This document shows, in pieces, positions 1-14,142 of a stretch of DNA of 64,000 nt. A model generated the notes under the pieces. The model did no database searches. It was not told the DNA's origin and saw nothing but the letters and a program-made list of their open reading frames with translations. Each line of letters starts with the position of its first letter. Position 1 is the stretch's first letter. The stretch is taken from contig OZ024740.1 in NCBI GenBank assembly GCA_964016885.1, positions 183,148,001-183,212,000 of the forward strand, written 5' to 3'. This DNA comes from Eledone cirrhosa (taxonomy: Eukaryota). The position numbers and the translations under genes were made by a program.

Positions 1-321
1 GATGCATTCATGTATATGTGTGTGTCCGCATGTATCTGTGTGTTTCTAAATATATTGTTAATAACTCCCCCTGGTCGAGCAATCTTTGAAGTGTGGGGAC
101 TGCTGGAAAGCTTCCATTACTCATACTTCTCGCCTCCTTCACCACCTCTTCTACGGCTTCGATATAAATACCCCCTCCGCCTCCGTGGTATTTTCTTCGG
201 GGTTATAAGAGGCTTAGCTCTGTTTCTCGACCGTTATATCGCGTGACTATCTCCCCCTCCGCCTTTTGGGATTCTTTCTCACGTCGTGTAGACGCGTTCT
301 TGAGACTAGTAAAATGAGGTA

Positions 322-411
322 TCCTCTTGATAAGTCGGTAGACCTCGCAAGGACTCTATATCTTTATGATGTATTGTTTTTGTTTATGCCACGAAACTAC
401 GTAGTCGAGGA
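322..411 (+). ncRNA. Type I hammerhead ribozyme variant (U3-A8 core UUGAUAA, long helix II, palindromic helix III)
   Basis: TCCTC-TTGATAA-GTCGG...TGCCAC-GAAA-CTACGTA-GTC-GAGGA; helix I TCCTC/GAGGA; helix III palindrome ACTACGTAGT. Confidence 0.65.
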
Positions 412-914
412 ATCTAGGAGCAGTTTAGGTATGATACATTTTATTACTAATTATATCTAAATGTTTCTTCTCTCTTCATAATGTATTTTTAACTCTGATA
501 CTGGTTCAGTCTAGTTCAACCGGATTGGTCTGTCCCAGTCATTCATTGAGCAACATCGGTGAAGTTGGCACCCTTAACTCACGGTTGGGTGCGGATGCAT
601 TCATGTATATGTGTGTGTCTGCATGTATCTGTGTGTTTCTAAATATATTGTTAATAACTCCCTCTGGTCGAGCAATCTTTGAAGTGTGGGGACTGCTGGA
701 AAGCTTCCATTACTCATACTTCTCGCCTCCTTCACCACCTCTTCTACGGCTTCGATATAAATACCCCCTCCGCCTCCGTGGTATTTTCTTCGGGGTTATA
801 AGAGGCTTAGCTCTGTTTCTCGACCGTTATATCGCGTGACTATCTCCCCCTCCGCCTTTTGGGATTCTTTCTCACGTCGTGTAGACGCGTTCTTGAGACT
901 AGTAAAATGAGGTA

Positions 915-1004
915 TCCTCTTGATAAGTCGGCAGACCTCGCAAGGACTCTATATCTTTATGATGTATTGTTTTTGTTTATGCCACGAAACTACGTAGTCG
1001 AGGA
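915..1004 (+). ncRNA. Second copy of the U3-A8 hammerhead variant
   Basis: Same motif 593 bp downstream; helix II base GT(C)GGCA/TGCCAC. Confidence 0.65.
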
Positions 1005-1074
1005 ATCTAAGAGCAGTTTAGGTATGATACATTTTATTACTAATTATATCTAAATGTTTCTTCTCTCTTCATAA

Positions 1075-1630
<556 letters not shown>

Positions 1631-1699
1631 ACAGAGGTATCCTCTGTAAGTTGTGGTGTCTATTCTGTATGAGGGACTCGATGTAATCCATATGTTGAA

Positions 1700-2630
1700 A
1701 ATGTTGTAGGTTAAGATAAATCTCAGAAAACAATAAAACATTAAAACGAAAACAGAGTCATGATATAAGTTAAAGTAATGAAATAAAAAATCAAGTCATT
1801 AGAGATATTCTTCACTGCTTTACGATCGTTTCTAGATGGTGATAATACATTGTACCTATACTCAGTTATTGATCTATGTAAGTTTACAAACTATCAGATA
1901 GAGAGAATATTTACTTACAGGCTTATCACCAGCTGTTTTCAAAAGCAATCAGAAAAATATATGCATATAATATATTATATTATACTATAAATAAGAGATC
2001 AAAAACTCATTAAAAATTCACAGTTATAGATAAGTTCCATAAAACATTGTGGTTTGGGTATTAAACTAAAATGTATAAGAGATCAAAAATGTATTAAACA
2101 TTCACAGTTATAGATAAATTCCGTAAATATGTAAGGATTGGGTATTATACTAAATTATAACCATAGATAGGAATATAGATAGAGAGATAAAGAAATAAAG
2201 AAATGATGGTATTGATCAAAGATAATGTTATGTGTATCAATGTTCCGGCATGTTATTGAGCAAGTGTCATTCATTCGAGCGTTGTTTCTTCTATAGATAG
2301 CTATAATATAAAGCAATATTAAAGGCCATTAATGTTTTTCACTGTTGATTATATATTCCTGGTAACCAAGTTATTAATGGTTTGGTATTATTGCCTCTTT
2401 TTTCTCGTTTTATGGGAGGTTAAAAAAGTGGACGTAGGAGTATGGAGGCAACTAGAGAATAATTCACTTTTTTTGTTAATTAGGGTCTCATAGTTATTAA
2501 TATTAAACAGGGTCTCCATTGTACAGCGCGGGCAGTTATTTGATATACTAGAGTTGCGGTAAATTCCACAGTTCCGAAGTTTTGTCCAAAGAATGGAGTA
2601 TTTTAAATTCTTCTCTTTTAATATGAATGT
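1700..2630 (-). mobile_element. Highly decayed PLE 3' end (possible GIY-YIG C-terminal remnant plus pseudo-LTR)
   Basis: Minus-strand reading near 2520-2610 EFKILHSLDKTSELWNLPQL*YIK*LPALYN resembles the PLE endonuclease C-terminus; HHR-like motif lies downstream. Confidence 0.4.
1816..1947 (-). ncRNA. Hammerhead-like motif (UUGAAAA core) with a 45-nt intron-like insert in helix II
   Basis: Minus strand: TGCTT-TTGAAAA-CAGCTGGTGATAA...TTATCACCATCTA-GAAA-CGATC-GTA-AAGCA; helix III palindrome ACGATCGT. Confidence 0.55.
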
Positions 2631-2849
2631 AGTTATATATTATATTTTATATATTTTTTTATATTTTAAAATATACCTATCACATTTCTATATATATGAT
2701 TCAAATATAGAGAAAATATGCAAACTAAAAATTATTATAGACATTATTTTGAACTCTGAATTATCCATGCACTCATTATTGTTTTTCTTATATATATATA
2801 TATATATGTATTTAAGTGTAACACGTTGAACTCTACTTTATAAAGTTAT

Positions 2850-3420
2850 AACTGTTATCATTTACCTAAAGTATACTACACCACTAATACCTAATATATA
2901 TCTATATATATACCTCCCTATATCTTCCTATACACAATTTTTACTTAACTTCTCAATTTCTTGATTACGTACACTCTGAATTAAGAATAATCAATGTATT
3001 TACATCCCGTTATATATAGGTGTATATTTAGCCGTAACATACCTCAATTTATATTATATATATTTTTCGTTATCATTTACCTAAAATATACTGAATCAAT
3101 AATATATATCTATATACATAATCGTTATTAAAATATTTCTAACAATAAATACTTCAGAAGCTTTACATACCTAATATGTTGATGCCTTGTTTAAAGAATA
3201 ATTAATACATTTACACCCAATTATACATAGGTGTATATTTAACCTTAACATGCCTCAATCTATTATCTTATTTTATTTTTATCCTCGTCGTTATTATTTA
3301 CCTTAAATATACTGGCTCATTAATATATACCTATATGCATAATCGTTATTTAAATATTTATAACAATAAGTACTTCAAAAGCTTTACATACCTAATATGT
3401 TTGTATCTTTGTTAAAGTTT
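2850..3420. repeat. Diverged ~215-bp tandem repeat
   Basis: TTAT(C/T)ATTTACCT recurs near 2855, 3070 and 3290; AAGCTTTACATACCTAATATGTT at ~3158 and ~3379. Confidence 0.65.
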
Positions 3421-3963
3421 AAATTTAGGTAAATAATCAACAGTATAATATTTCATTCTTTATGTGCCAGCTAAATCTTTTAAATGTTACCCTCATAAAA
3501 TTCAGAAGCTTAGAAATGGTAACACACTTATCGAATTTATAAAAAATAATATATAAATAACCAGCAAATAATCCTGAAATCTGGAGTCTTCACCCAAATA
3601 TTATAAATTAAATATTTTCAAGTTTAACCGTTTAACTTTCGGAAAAAATCTCCTTCTGCATATATCACCCCCGCCCCTACCCTTTATCTTTCCCTCTTTA
3701 TAAATCCTTTTCCAGTGGCTATCACTGGCTGTTATGATTCATGAGATGTTTTCCTACATATATCAATGAATCATACATTTTAAATTCTCTAGAACAGTTA
3801 CAGTAAGCAACGTTTTTCTTACTCACACAATCTCTAATGAATTTATTACGTTTTCGCACTTTCTCATAATTAGGCTATATATGTAAAATTTTCTCTTGGT
3901 TTAATCACTACCTTGATTAAATCTTAACCATTTAACATTTCAGGGTATGTCATGTATCATTAT

Positions 3964-4016
3964 ATTTTGTCTGATGAGGACGTACTGTTGTACATCCAAA
4001 ATATGTATAATAAAAT
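3964..4016 (+). ncRNA. Minimal type I hammerhead, probably inactivated (GAAA to AAAA)
   Basis: ATTTTGT-CTGATGA-GGACGTAC tgtt GTACATCC-AAAA-TATGT-ATA-ATAAAAT; helices I and II pair. Confidence 0.65.
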
Positions 4017-4086
4017 GTAATTGATCAAGAGAAGATCTATTTTAATAATATTTATATTTTAATATTCATGTTATAATATATATAAT

Positions 4087-4123
<37 letters not shown>

Positions 4124-4338
4124 GAATATATATATGTATATAATATATATATATAATATATATATATATAATATATATATATATATAATATATATATATA
4201 TATAATATATATATATATATATAATATATATATAATATATATATGTATATAATATATATATGTATATAATATATATATAATATATATATATATAATATAT
4301 ATATATAAATTATATATATAAAATATATATATATTTAT

Positions 4339-4382
<44 letters not shown>

Positions 4383-4553
4383 TATATAATATATATATAT
4401 ATATATTTAATATATATATATAATATATATAAATATTTAATATATATATATATGTATATATAATATATATATATTTAATATATATATATATATATATCTA
4501 TATATATATATATATATCTATATCTCTATATATATATATATATTTAATATATA

Positions 4554-5775
4554 TCTCACTGACGTCACTTGTGGCAAAGACCCTCAACAGGATGATTCTT
4601 AACAGGATCCAGCCTGAGATGGAGAAGAAGCTCAGGGACAACCAGAACGGCTTCAGAGAGGGTAGATCAACCACCAGTCACATCCTGATGCTGAGGAGGA
4701 TATTAGAGGGAGCTAGAGCAAAGTGCCTTCCTGCGGTCATGGTTTTCATTGACTTTAGGAAGGCTTTTGATTCTGTGGACCGTTACTGCCTGATGAAGAT
4801 CTTACAGGCTTATGGAATCCCCAAGAGGATAGTGGACCTGATATCACTGCTCTACACCAACACCAAAGTCCGTGTCATTACACCTGGTCTGATGACAGAG
4901 TTCTTTGAGATACTGACTGGAGTGCTCCAGGGAGATACATTGGCTCCCTACCTTTTTATCATCGTAGTGGACTATTGTATGCGCCTTGCACTGGAGAAAC
5001 ACCAGGACTCTGGCTTTACTGTAGTACCGGCTCAGAGCTGGAGAGTTAGGGCGAAAAAGGTATCGGATGCTGAATTTGCCAACGACATAGTTTTGGTGAC
5101 AAATACAGTGAAGGAGGAAGAGAATTTTATGCGGGAGGTTGAGACTGTGTCGATGAGTGTGGGGCTGAGAATGAATGAGACTAAAACAAAATATCTGGTA
5201 GAGAATGTTGAGAAGCCAGAGGGGATCACTAATGTAGGCGGGAAGCCGCTGGAATTGGTTGAGGACTTCCTGTATTTGGGAGCAAAGACTGGGAATACGG
5301 AAGATGATGTGGTTAAGAGGAAGAGCAAGGCCTGGGCGGCGTGCCACAGCTTGAGATCGGTGTGGAAGTCGGACCTTCGTAGAGACCTGAAAATCGCCTC
5401 TTCATTGCTGTAGTGGAGTCTGTGCTGCTGTATGGGTCTGAGACTTGGACACTGACCAAGAAACTCACTCAGATGGTGGATGGGTGCTACACGAGAATGG
5501 CTCTGAACATTAATCAGTATACACTGAGGATGAAAAAACTCAGAGCTGTATGGGAGCATCCCAAAAGTCAGCTCAAATGTGACACAGAGGAGATTGATGT
5601 TAGCTGGACATGCTCACCGACATCTACTAGAAGAGGAAGACCAAGGTTAAAGTATGTTGATGCCCTAAGGACAGACACTGGTCTGTTGGAGACGCAGGAC
5701 ATGGCAGCGAGAATGAGGGACAGAGACCGCTGGAGAGAACTCGTCCATGGATCTCGGGAATTTTACCCGCCTTAG
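4554..5775 (+). mobile_element. 5'-truncated non-LTR retrotransposon (RTE-like LINE) RT pseudogene
   Basis: QNGFREGRST, FIDFRKAFDS, GVLQGDTLAPYLF, FANDI (degenerate YADD), LLYGSETW; frameshift near 5400; flanked by (TA)n. Confidence 0.9.
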
Positions 5776-5890
5776 AAATATATAATATATATATATATAT
5801 AATATACGTTATTCCGGGTTGAATCGGGAATAACCACAGTAAGTAAGGTACTCAATACATTGCAGAGTATAAAAGTTTTAATATAGATGA

Positions 5891-5939
5891 GATTCTACAG
5901 GACTAGAACTGTTTCATTCTTTACAAATCATCAGGAATC
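5891..5939 (-). ncRNA. Type I hammerhead ribozyme
   Basis: Minus: GATTC-CTGATGA-TTTGTAAAGAAT-GAAA-CAG ttctagtc CT-GTA-GAATC. Confidence 0.7.
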
Positions 5940-5946
5940 TCCTGAT

Positions 5947-5995
5947 GATTCCTGATGATTTCTAAAGAATGAAACAGTTCTAGTCCTGTAGAATC
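5947..5995 (+). ncRNA. Type I hammerhead ribozyme
   Basis: GATTC-CTGATGA-TTTC taaa GAAT-GAAA-CAG ttctagtc CT-GTA-GAATC; helix I GATTC/GAATC, helix III ACAG/CTGT. Confidence 0.8.
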
Positions 5996-6362
5996 TCATC
6001 TATATTAAAACTATATAATATATATATATATATGTGAAGTAATTCCGTCGGAAAAGTCGAGGAAAAAAGAGTGCTCTATGTAGGTAGCAGAGCTTAATAG
6101 TTATGTAATAAACAACATAAGGCAATTATGCCATTTACCAGTGGTTTCTTAAAAGCAAAAGATTTTGCTTTCTATCCTCAGAATGAAAAAATCCTGGTCT
6201 GTTTATTGAGTTTGGATTTTAAAAACAAAAATGCAATCTATATGAAAGTGAGGCTGGAGAAGGAAGAATGAAAGGAAAAATAAAATAAAACTACACATGC
6301 AAATACACACACAAAAACACGCACGCACACACACAAAAGCACACACACACACACACACACAC

Positions 6363-6416
<54 letters not shown>

Positions 6417-6547
6417 CACTCATACATACACACACACATATATACACACTTATATGTGTATATAAATACACACATACACATACATATACACATATATACA
6501 CACATACATATAGAAACATAAATATAAATACATTTACATACACACAT

Positions 6548-6599
<52 letters not shown>

Positions 6600-7039
6600 C
6601 TAGATATGTGTACAAGCATACACATACACAAACATAGCCATACACACATACATATACATACATACATACATCCACACAATCATACATATATACATACGTA
6701 CATACATACACATACATAAATGCACTACTCTACATATTCACACACGCAAATAAATATAAGAAAAAATATATATATTAAAAAAATTTTGACAGCGATACAA
6801 ACGGCGGGTAGCTGGACAGACACGCGTGGTAAGTAATACACACAAATGCACGTATACATACGTACGAAATAGTAAATACATACACACACTCTCACACATA
6901 AATATACATATACAGATACATAAACACATACATACACATACACAAATACATGCACAAACACGCACACGCACACGTATACAATTATACACACACATATACA
7001 CACACATATGTATATGTATATATATATACACATACACAT

Positions 7040-7178
7040 ATATTTATACGTAAATATAAAAATACACACACACATATATATGTGTATACATACACACACA
7101 CATATACATACATAGCTATACAATTATACACATACAAATACGTACATATCGTAAACACGCACAACCAAATACAAACAC

Positions 7179-7227
<49 letters not shown>

Positions 7228-7462
7228 CATACACATATACATGTGTGTGTGTGTAAAACTCAGTCTTAGATAATTCATATGAACCTTACATATACATATA
7301 TATAGTAGTAAAGTAATAAAGTAATAAGCAACATAAGGAAATTATTCCATTCACCAGTGGTTTCTTAAAAGCAAAAGATTTTTCCTTCAATCTTCAGAAT
7401 GAAAAAAACCTGCTCTATCTACATATACAAACATATACACACATAAATATATATATATATAT

Positions 7463-7503
<41 letters not shown>

Positions 7504-7711
7504 TATATATATATATACACATAAATATACATACACAAACACATAGGTATGTGAAGGGCAAGGCAAAAAGAATATATGGGGGGGGGGGGGGGCATAGGAA
7601 AAGGTGAAATATATGTTGCTTATTACTTTATTACTTTACTACTATATATATGTATATGTAAGGTTCATATGAATTATCTAAGACTGTGTTTTACACACAC
7701 ACACATGTATA

Positions 7712-7770
<59 letters not shown>

Positions 7771-7915
7771 GTATGTGTGTGTGTGTGTGTGTTTGTATTT
7801 GGTTGTGCATGTTTATGATATGTACGTATTTGTATGTGTATAATTGTATAGCTATGTATGTATATGTGTGTGTGTATGTATACATATATATGTGTGTGTG
7901 TATTTTTATATTTAT
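7040..7915. repeat. Inverted duplication (~7040-7335 vs ~7612-7915) in CA/TA-rich sequence
   Basis: CAGTCTTAGATAATTCATATGAACCTTAC vs GTAAGGTTCATATGAATTATCTAAGACTG. Confidence 0.75.
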
Positions 7916-8071
7916 GTATATATATATATATATTGTTATACTTTGGGAGGGTCATGTTGCCAATAAGAAACACACGCACCAGTTGCTTTCACTTCAATTT
8001 ATTATATATTTATAAATTTATAAATTTCGTGTTGGTTGGTTGGTTCCACAACCAGATAGTTGTTTATATAT

Positions 8072-8116
8072 AGTCATAGTCCTTTCGTCACACACTCTGT
8101 GACCTCTTCAGTGACT
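8072..8116 (-). ncRNA. Minimal type I hammerhead ribozyme in the PLE pseudo-LTR
   Basis: Minus: AGTCA-CTGAAGA-G-GTCAC agagtgt GTGAC-GAAA-GGA-CTA-TGACT. Confidence 0.75.
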
Positions 8117-8327
8117 GGGGATTCCTTTCTTTGTTTCTGTGCCTCTCCTTTCTCTGTCCTACGCCATTTTGTTTCTGTGTGTGTGTTGTGTGCTCAGTTT
8201 GCGCATGCGCCACATCCGGGTGTCTATGTGTGTTTATATTCATTTATCTATTTGTTTATTTATTTATTTATTTACATGTTATTGGTTGGTTGTTTGTTCT
8301 ATGTGTGTGTGTGTTTTCATTTTGTCC

Positions 8328-9023
8328 TTAATTGTAAGTTGTGATGTTGCTGTTCCACTCATATTTTCTATTTAATTTTGGTTGTAATTCTTTTATGTTT
8401 ATTGCCTCTGTAATTTGTCTAAACATTGCATCTTTTCTGTGTGTAGATTCTATTTTTATTTCTATGTTCTCTAATTTACCCTTGTGTTCTATTTTAGCAT
8501 GTTGGTAGAGTACAGATGATTCTTTATTATCTTGAAGGTCTCGCCAGTGTTCATTTATCCGTTCCCCTATACTACGAGCTGTCTCACCTAGGTACACTAT
8601 ATTTTTGTTTCTACATTGTCCTTCAGTACATCTTATGCTATACACTACATTTCTAGTTTTACAGTTAATATGGGGGCTTATTTTACAGGTTATACATTTC
8701 TTATCTATACATGAGGGTCTTTGAAAAGGGTATGTCTTGCTAATAAGTGTTTTTACGGAGGTACCTGGTCTTTCTACTATCTTAATATTGAGTTTATGTT
8801 TATTTAGGGCTCTTCTAAATGTGTAGGCTAGTTCGCCTCTAGGGGTTGTATCGATGAACATTACACTCTGGTATTTATTGCTATCATACCATGAGTTTAT
8901 TCTATTAGCCTTATTCCTAGTTCTTTCTATTCTATTCCAAAATTTGCTCCTATACAAGGGGCAGGTCCCATTTATGTCATTATTTACCATTTTTTCCCAT
9001 TTCGTTCTGGCTCCTCTATACAC
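8328..9023 (-). CDS. PLE C-terminal linker and GIY-YIG endonuclease (truncated ORF)
   Basis: Cys-rich CIDKKCITC, NVVYSIRC...YLGETARSIGERINEH, RQITEAINI, PKLNRKYEW. Confidence 0.8.
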   Translation of the reverse strand: MYRGARTKWEKMVNNDINGTCPLYRSKFWNRIERTRNKANRINSWYDSNKYQSVMFIDTTPRGELAYTFRRALNKHKLNIKIVERPGTSVKTLISKTYPFQRPSCIDKKCITCKISPHINCKTRNVVYSIRCTEGQCRNKNIVYLGETARSIGERINEHWRDLQDNKESSVLYQHAKIEHKGKLENIEIKIESTHRKDAMFRQITEAINIKELQPKLNRKYEWNSNITTYN

Positions 9024-9299
9024 TCTGATTCTATCTCTCTGATTTCAGCCAGAGAACTGCATACGGTGTATGAAGTGTTGTATGTGACTCTCTAGTTCTT
9101 CGGGGTTGCACGTGCGGGACACATTTCTCATCACCCGTACCAAATCTGGCTACAATCAGAGAGATAGAATCACAGTGTATAGAGGAGCCAGAACCAAATG
9201 GGAAAAAATGGTAAATAATGACATAAATGGGACCTGCCAGACAAAGAAAGGAATCCCCAGTCACTGAAGAGGTCACAGAGTGTATATTTTGGCCCCCCA

Positions 9300-10003
9300 C
9301 TTATTTTATTTTTTGCACTGGGTGGTTGTTGGCCTTGTGCCTAGGGTAGAAACAATTATTTCGTATTAGTCTCGGGACTCTGAATTATTGTTTCGTGGTA
9401 GTTTATTTAGTATTTTGGCCCCCCACTTGTTGACCCGTCACCGTAAGTTATACTCGTTTTATCACTACTACCTCTTAAAAGGGTCTCATTAGAATTCCGT
9501 CCCACCTAGTAAACTTTTCTATAGTCTAGCAGTACCAGTTAGACACTTGATGGCTGTCCTTAGGGAATAGTAACCAGAAATTGTTGTTTTTATATTTAAT
9601 TGTTTTTTTAAAACATTCTCGGTATTTTTCTATATATTTACCCCATATGGTTTTACTTATTGTTTCGACACCCTCCCCCCCCCCCCCCTCCCTAGTATAC
9701 TTCCTTGACCTCCTGCCCTGCTGTAGTTGGCACTATCAACGCTCGACCTGGTTTCCTCCACCCCCTCTCCCTCGTTCTTCTACTGGCAGGTTCAGCTACC
9801 ACTTCCTTCCACAAATTGCCATGATAGAATTATGTGTCTCAACAACAAACTTTTGACCAATCCTTGTGATAATCACTTTTACCATATATGGAATTACCCC
9901 CTGAGAAGCTCGGCTATTCATATACCAGGATAAAAATGTTCATTTAGTCCATAATTAGCCGTCGAAACGGCTTGAGCTCAACCGTCGGGGTCCTACTCGT
10001 TTC
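9300..10003 (+). mobile_element. ~700-bp non-coding HHR-terminated element (copy 1; copy 2 at 20463-21150)
   Basis: Colinear similarity to 20463-21150; ends in an HHR-like motif then (TA)n. Confidence 0.75.
9896..9991 (+). ncRNA. Hammerhead-like motif, variant core CUGAGAA, extended helix II
   Basis: ACCCC-CTGAGAA-GCTCGGCTA...TAGCCGTC-GAAA-CGG...CC-GTC-GGGGT. Confidence 0.65.
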
Positions 10004-10463
10004 TATATATAGAATATATATATATTTAATATATATATATATATATAATATATATATATATTTTATATATATATATATATTTAATATATATATATATATA
10101 TATAATATATATATATATATATTTAATATATATATATTTAAAATATATATATATATATAATATATATATTTAATATATATATTTAATATATATATATATA
10201 ATATATATATAATATATATATATATATAATATATATATATAATATATATATATATATAAATATATATAATATATATATATAATATATATATAATATGTAT
10301 ATATATATATATAATATTTATATAATATATATAGATATAATATATATATAATATATATTTATATATATATATATATAATATATATATCATATTATATATA
10401 TATTATATATATATATATATATATAATAGATATATATAATAAATATATATATATAATATATAT

Positions 10464-10536
<73 letters not shown>

Positions 10537-10582
10537 TATATATATAATATATATATATTTATATATATATATATATATATAT

Positions 10583-12812
10583 AGTAAAGTACAGAGGACC
10601 TCCTCAGCAGAATCAGTGAGTGCGACAAAAACAGGAACCTATCCAACTGCATAGTAGGCAGCATGGATGTGGTATCACTGTGCACATCCCTTAACATTGA
10701 TTTTGCTGTGGAAAAATGTGTGGAGATGATCATTGAGAGTGAGGTGGAGTTCTGCGACGTCGACACAGACGAACTAGGCCCCATACGTAGACTTAACTAC
10801 GACACTGACTACCTAGACAGACATGACCTTAGACCCATAAGAGGTGGACCTCCCCCCACCATAACTTAAATGGCTAAAAAGACTCCCATGGGAAGGTGGA
10901 TTGGGTGGACCAAAACTATACGGAACCCCCAAAACAATGATCAGGTAAGAATAATGGTCGCACATACAATAGAGGCTAGTATCAAAACTACCCTAAAGGG
11001 CCACATATTCAGGTTCAACGAGTAGATCTACACCCAAAATGAAGGAGCAGCCATTGGCGTCAGCATAGCTGGTGATGTTGCCAACCTTTTCATGATATGG
11101 TGGGAAAGGAGACTTAAATATCTCCTTAATGAGAGCTCCATAGATCTCATTATGTACTCTCGTTACGTAGACGATATCAATATAGTTATAAGAACATCCC
11201 CACAAGAGAGCACTAACAAGTTTGATTTAGAACGTAGCACAATCGAAAGCATCCAGCAGATAGCTAATCCCATACACCAGAGTATAACTGTAACTATCGA
11301 CTACCCTTCCAAACACCCTAACAATAGACTACCTGTATTAGACACGTACTCTGGATTAACACTATAGACGAGAGAGCAAAAATTCTCCACTCACACTATG
11401 CTAAACCCATGGCCTCCAAATACCTGATACTCAAAAACTCAGCAATGTCCAGTAGTGCTAAGTTTAATATTCTGATCGCAGACATGGTACGAGTGATGAA
11501 GAACGCGTACCGCATGTGCGACCCAACAGAAATTTAAAGACACATCCAACACTTCATCAACCGCATGCAGTTCTCTGGCTACAACCAAAGAGACAGAGTC
11601 AGAGTACACGAGGAGCCACGGAGAAGTATAAGACCCTGATAGAACTGGACATGAAAGGAATTTACCCATTATACAGGAGCAAATCATGGAATAGATTAGA
11701 TAGGGCTAGACATAAGATAGGGAAAGCCACCTCATGGTACGACAACCAGAGATACCAGAGTGTCATGTTTGTGGACTCTAGCCCTGGGGGGAAATTAGCT
11801 AACCAGTGTAGAAAGGCCCTTTGAAAGACCTACTTAAAGATTAAGGTGGTAGAAAAGCCAGCAACCACCATAAAATCCCTGATCAGCAAAACCCACTGTA
11901 CTAACAGGAAATGTATTATATGTAAGGTAAACCCCCGGATAAACTGTAAAACTAGAAACGTAGTCTATAGCATGAGATGTACATAGGGTACTTGCAGAAA
12001 CATGACAACAACATACATAGGTGAGACAGCTCGTAGCATAGGTGAAAGGATAGACCCTCACTGGGGGGAACTAAAACGACGAAAAAACGGTTCAGAACTA
12101 TACGAACATGCCAGACAACAACACGACGGTAACATAGACAACATAGAAATTAGAATAATATCTAAACATAGAAATGACCCAGCAAATAGGCAAATCAGAG
12201 AAGCCAGTGAAATAGAACTTAGAAGACCAAGTCTAAACAGAAAGAATGAATGGAATAACAACAACACCCAAACAAACAACACTGACCTAAGAGAAGTATA
12301 AATAAATAACTAGATAAATAAATAAATAAATGCATACAAAAGCACAATAACAACAAACACATATAAACACACACTAGTAAAGATAGAATACATTAACCAA
12401 TACAAAATCACCCAATCACGAACACACATCAAACAAATCACTATACACACACGCAAACGCATGCGCAAAGAAGACAAAATAAAATAAACAAATAAATAAA
12501 TATATAAACAGACTAAATAAAGATGGCGTAGAAAATACAATGCAAAGGGAGGAAACAATAGCACCACTGACGTTGTTGCAGATGTGCAACGAAAGAACTT
12601 TGATAAACTATATATATGTGTTTGTGTCTATATTGTATCTGTATTATTTTTGACCGTTGGTCAGTCAATGGCAACATTGAGGACCGAATAAGTTAGATTA
12701 CCGATATAAAAGACACAGAAGCGAAAAAAGCGAAAACCAACCAAACAGTGAGAGTGTTCAGTTACTAATTCTGGCAATATTACACAAATATGACCCTCCC
12801 CAAGTATAACAA
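10583..12812 (+). mobile_element. Decayed Penelope-like element (RT plus GIY-YIG with stops/frameshifts) and 3' pseudo-LTR
   Basis: MDVVSL, GAAIGVSIAGDVANLFMIWWER, YSRYVDDIN, PLYRSKSW, YIGETARSIGERI, RQIREASEI, PSLNRKNEW. Confidence 0.9.
12563..12604 (+). ncRNA. Degenerate hammerhead in the pseudo-LTR
   Basis: CTGACGT-T-GTTGCA gatg TGCAAC-GAAA; sister copies have an intact CTGACGA. Confidence 0.5.
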
Positions 12813-12870
12813 TATTTGTTTCGACACACGATTTCATATCAAAAACCTCGCAAAACTAATTCATCGCCGT

Positions 12871-12975
<105 letters not shown>

Positions 12976-13259
12976 TTATATATATAATATATACATGAAT
13001 AATATATATATAATCTATATATAATATATATGTAATATATATATATATAATATATATACATATATATGTATTATATATATATTATATATATTATATATAT
13101 ATTATATATATATTATTTATATATATATTATATATATAATATATATATTTTAAAAACAAATAACGAAACGAAATTAAATTTGGTTTCGTTTGTAACTCAC
13201 TTTTGTATGACTGACGCTTATATATTCGAGTGAATATATTCGAGTGAAACGCTATATTT

Positions 13260-13293
<34 letters not shown>

Positions 13294-13323
13294 ATATATA
13301 TTATATATATATATATATATTAC

Positions 13324-13558
13324 ATAAAGAATTAGGATATCTACCAACATATTTATACAGAAGTATACTTATGCTAGCAAGATATAGGTTTTGTCTTATT
13401 AACTTAGTAAGTTAATTATTATAATTTTCTTATTTGAAGTCTTTCATATAATTGTTCTACGTGTTTGTCTTGAACCACAAAGTTAATAAACAAACTCTAT
13501 ACCTTGATAGCATAAGTATACTTCTGTATAAATATGGTAGATATACTAATTCTTTATA
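13324..13558. repeat. Inverted repeat with ~60-bp arms
   Basis: ATATTTATACAGAAGTATACTTATGCTA vs TAGCATAAGTATACTTCTGTATAAATAT. Confidence 0.75.
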
Positions 13559-13833
13559 ATTATCTCCAAATTATTTGTTGAGCAAAAATGTGCCTGAATT
13601 ACTACTATGATTCATAGTAATATTTTGGCTACTGTCTTTTTAACACCCCACTCCTCACTGATTAACCTCGATGTCACGTGATTGATTCTTTTGAATTTGC
13701 CACTGAACGGGAAGGTAGTGGAATTTCCAGTGTCTTGAAATTTAGTCCGTGCTTGCTTCTTTTCCATTCACTGAATTATTTTTGTTTGAGATCGCTTTGT
13801 CCGCCTATTGCCAGGGATCGTGGGCGAGAATTG

Positions 13834-13911
13834 ACTCCCTGATGAAGGAAGGAATTGTCCATGGTTTTGAAAACTATGTATATGCCCTGTCAGAAACTAA
13901 TTAGTTCGAGT
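13834..13911 (+). ncRNA. Candidate hammerhead with long helix II and palindromic helix III
   Basis: ACTC(C)-CTGATGA-AGGA...TCA-GAAA-CTAATTA-GTT-(C)GAGT; palindrome AACTAATTAGTT. Confidence 0.45.
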
Positions 13912-13963
13912 GAAACTTAAGTAAGTATGCTAATTATTATAATTTTCTTATTTTACCTCTTTC

Positions 13964-14010
<47 letters not shown>

Positions 14011-14093
14011 GTTATTCCGGGTTGAATCGGAGGTAACCACAGTAAGTAAGGTACTCAATACATAGCAGAGTATAAAAGTTTTAATATAGATGA

Positions 14094-14142
14094 GATTCTA
14101 CAGGACTAGAACTGTTTCATTCATTAGAAATCATCAGGAATC
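14094..14142 (-). ncRNA. Type I hammerhead ribozyme
   Basis: Reverse complement of 14897-14945. Confidence 0.8.

Larger units (their letters stand above)
5874..6012. repeat. Inverted repeat (~66-bp arms) of a hammerhead-bearing PLE pseudo-LTR
   Basis: AGTTTTAATATAGATGAGATTC... mirrored by ...GAATCTCATCTATATTAAAACT; same family as 14009-14960. Confidence 0.85.
8060..9283 (-). mobile_element. Truncated Penelope-like element: GIY-YIG endonuclease region, HHR-bearing pseudo-LTR, inverted 5' fragments
   Basis: ORF 8328-9023; 9141-9237 inverts ~8960-9050; 9238-9283 is an inverted partial pseudo-LTR. Confidence 0.85.

Noticed and set aside
4844-5559. Antisense ORFs over LINE/PLE sequence (also 57957-58483 and 28632-29406)
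   Set aside because: Shadow frames of retroelement coding regions with no recognisable motifs
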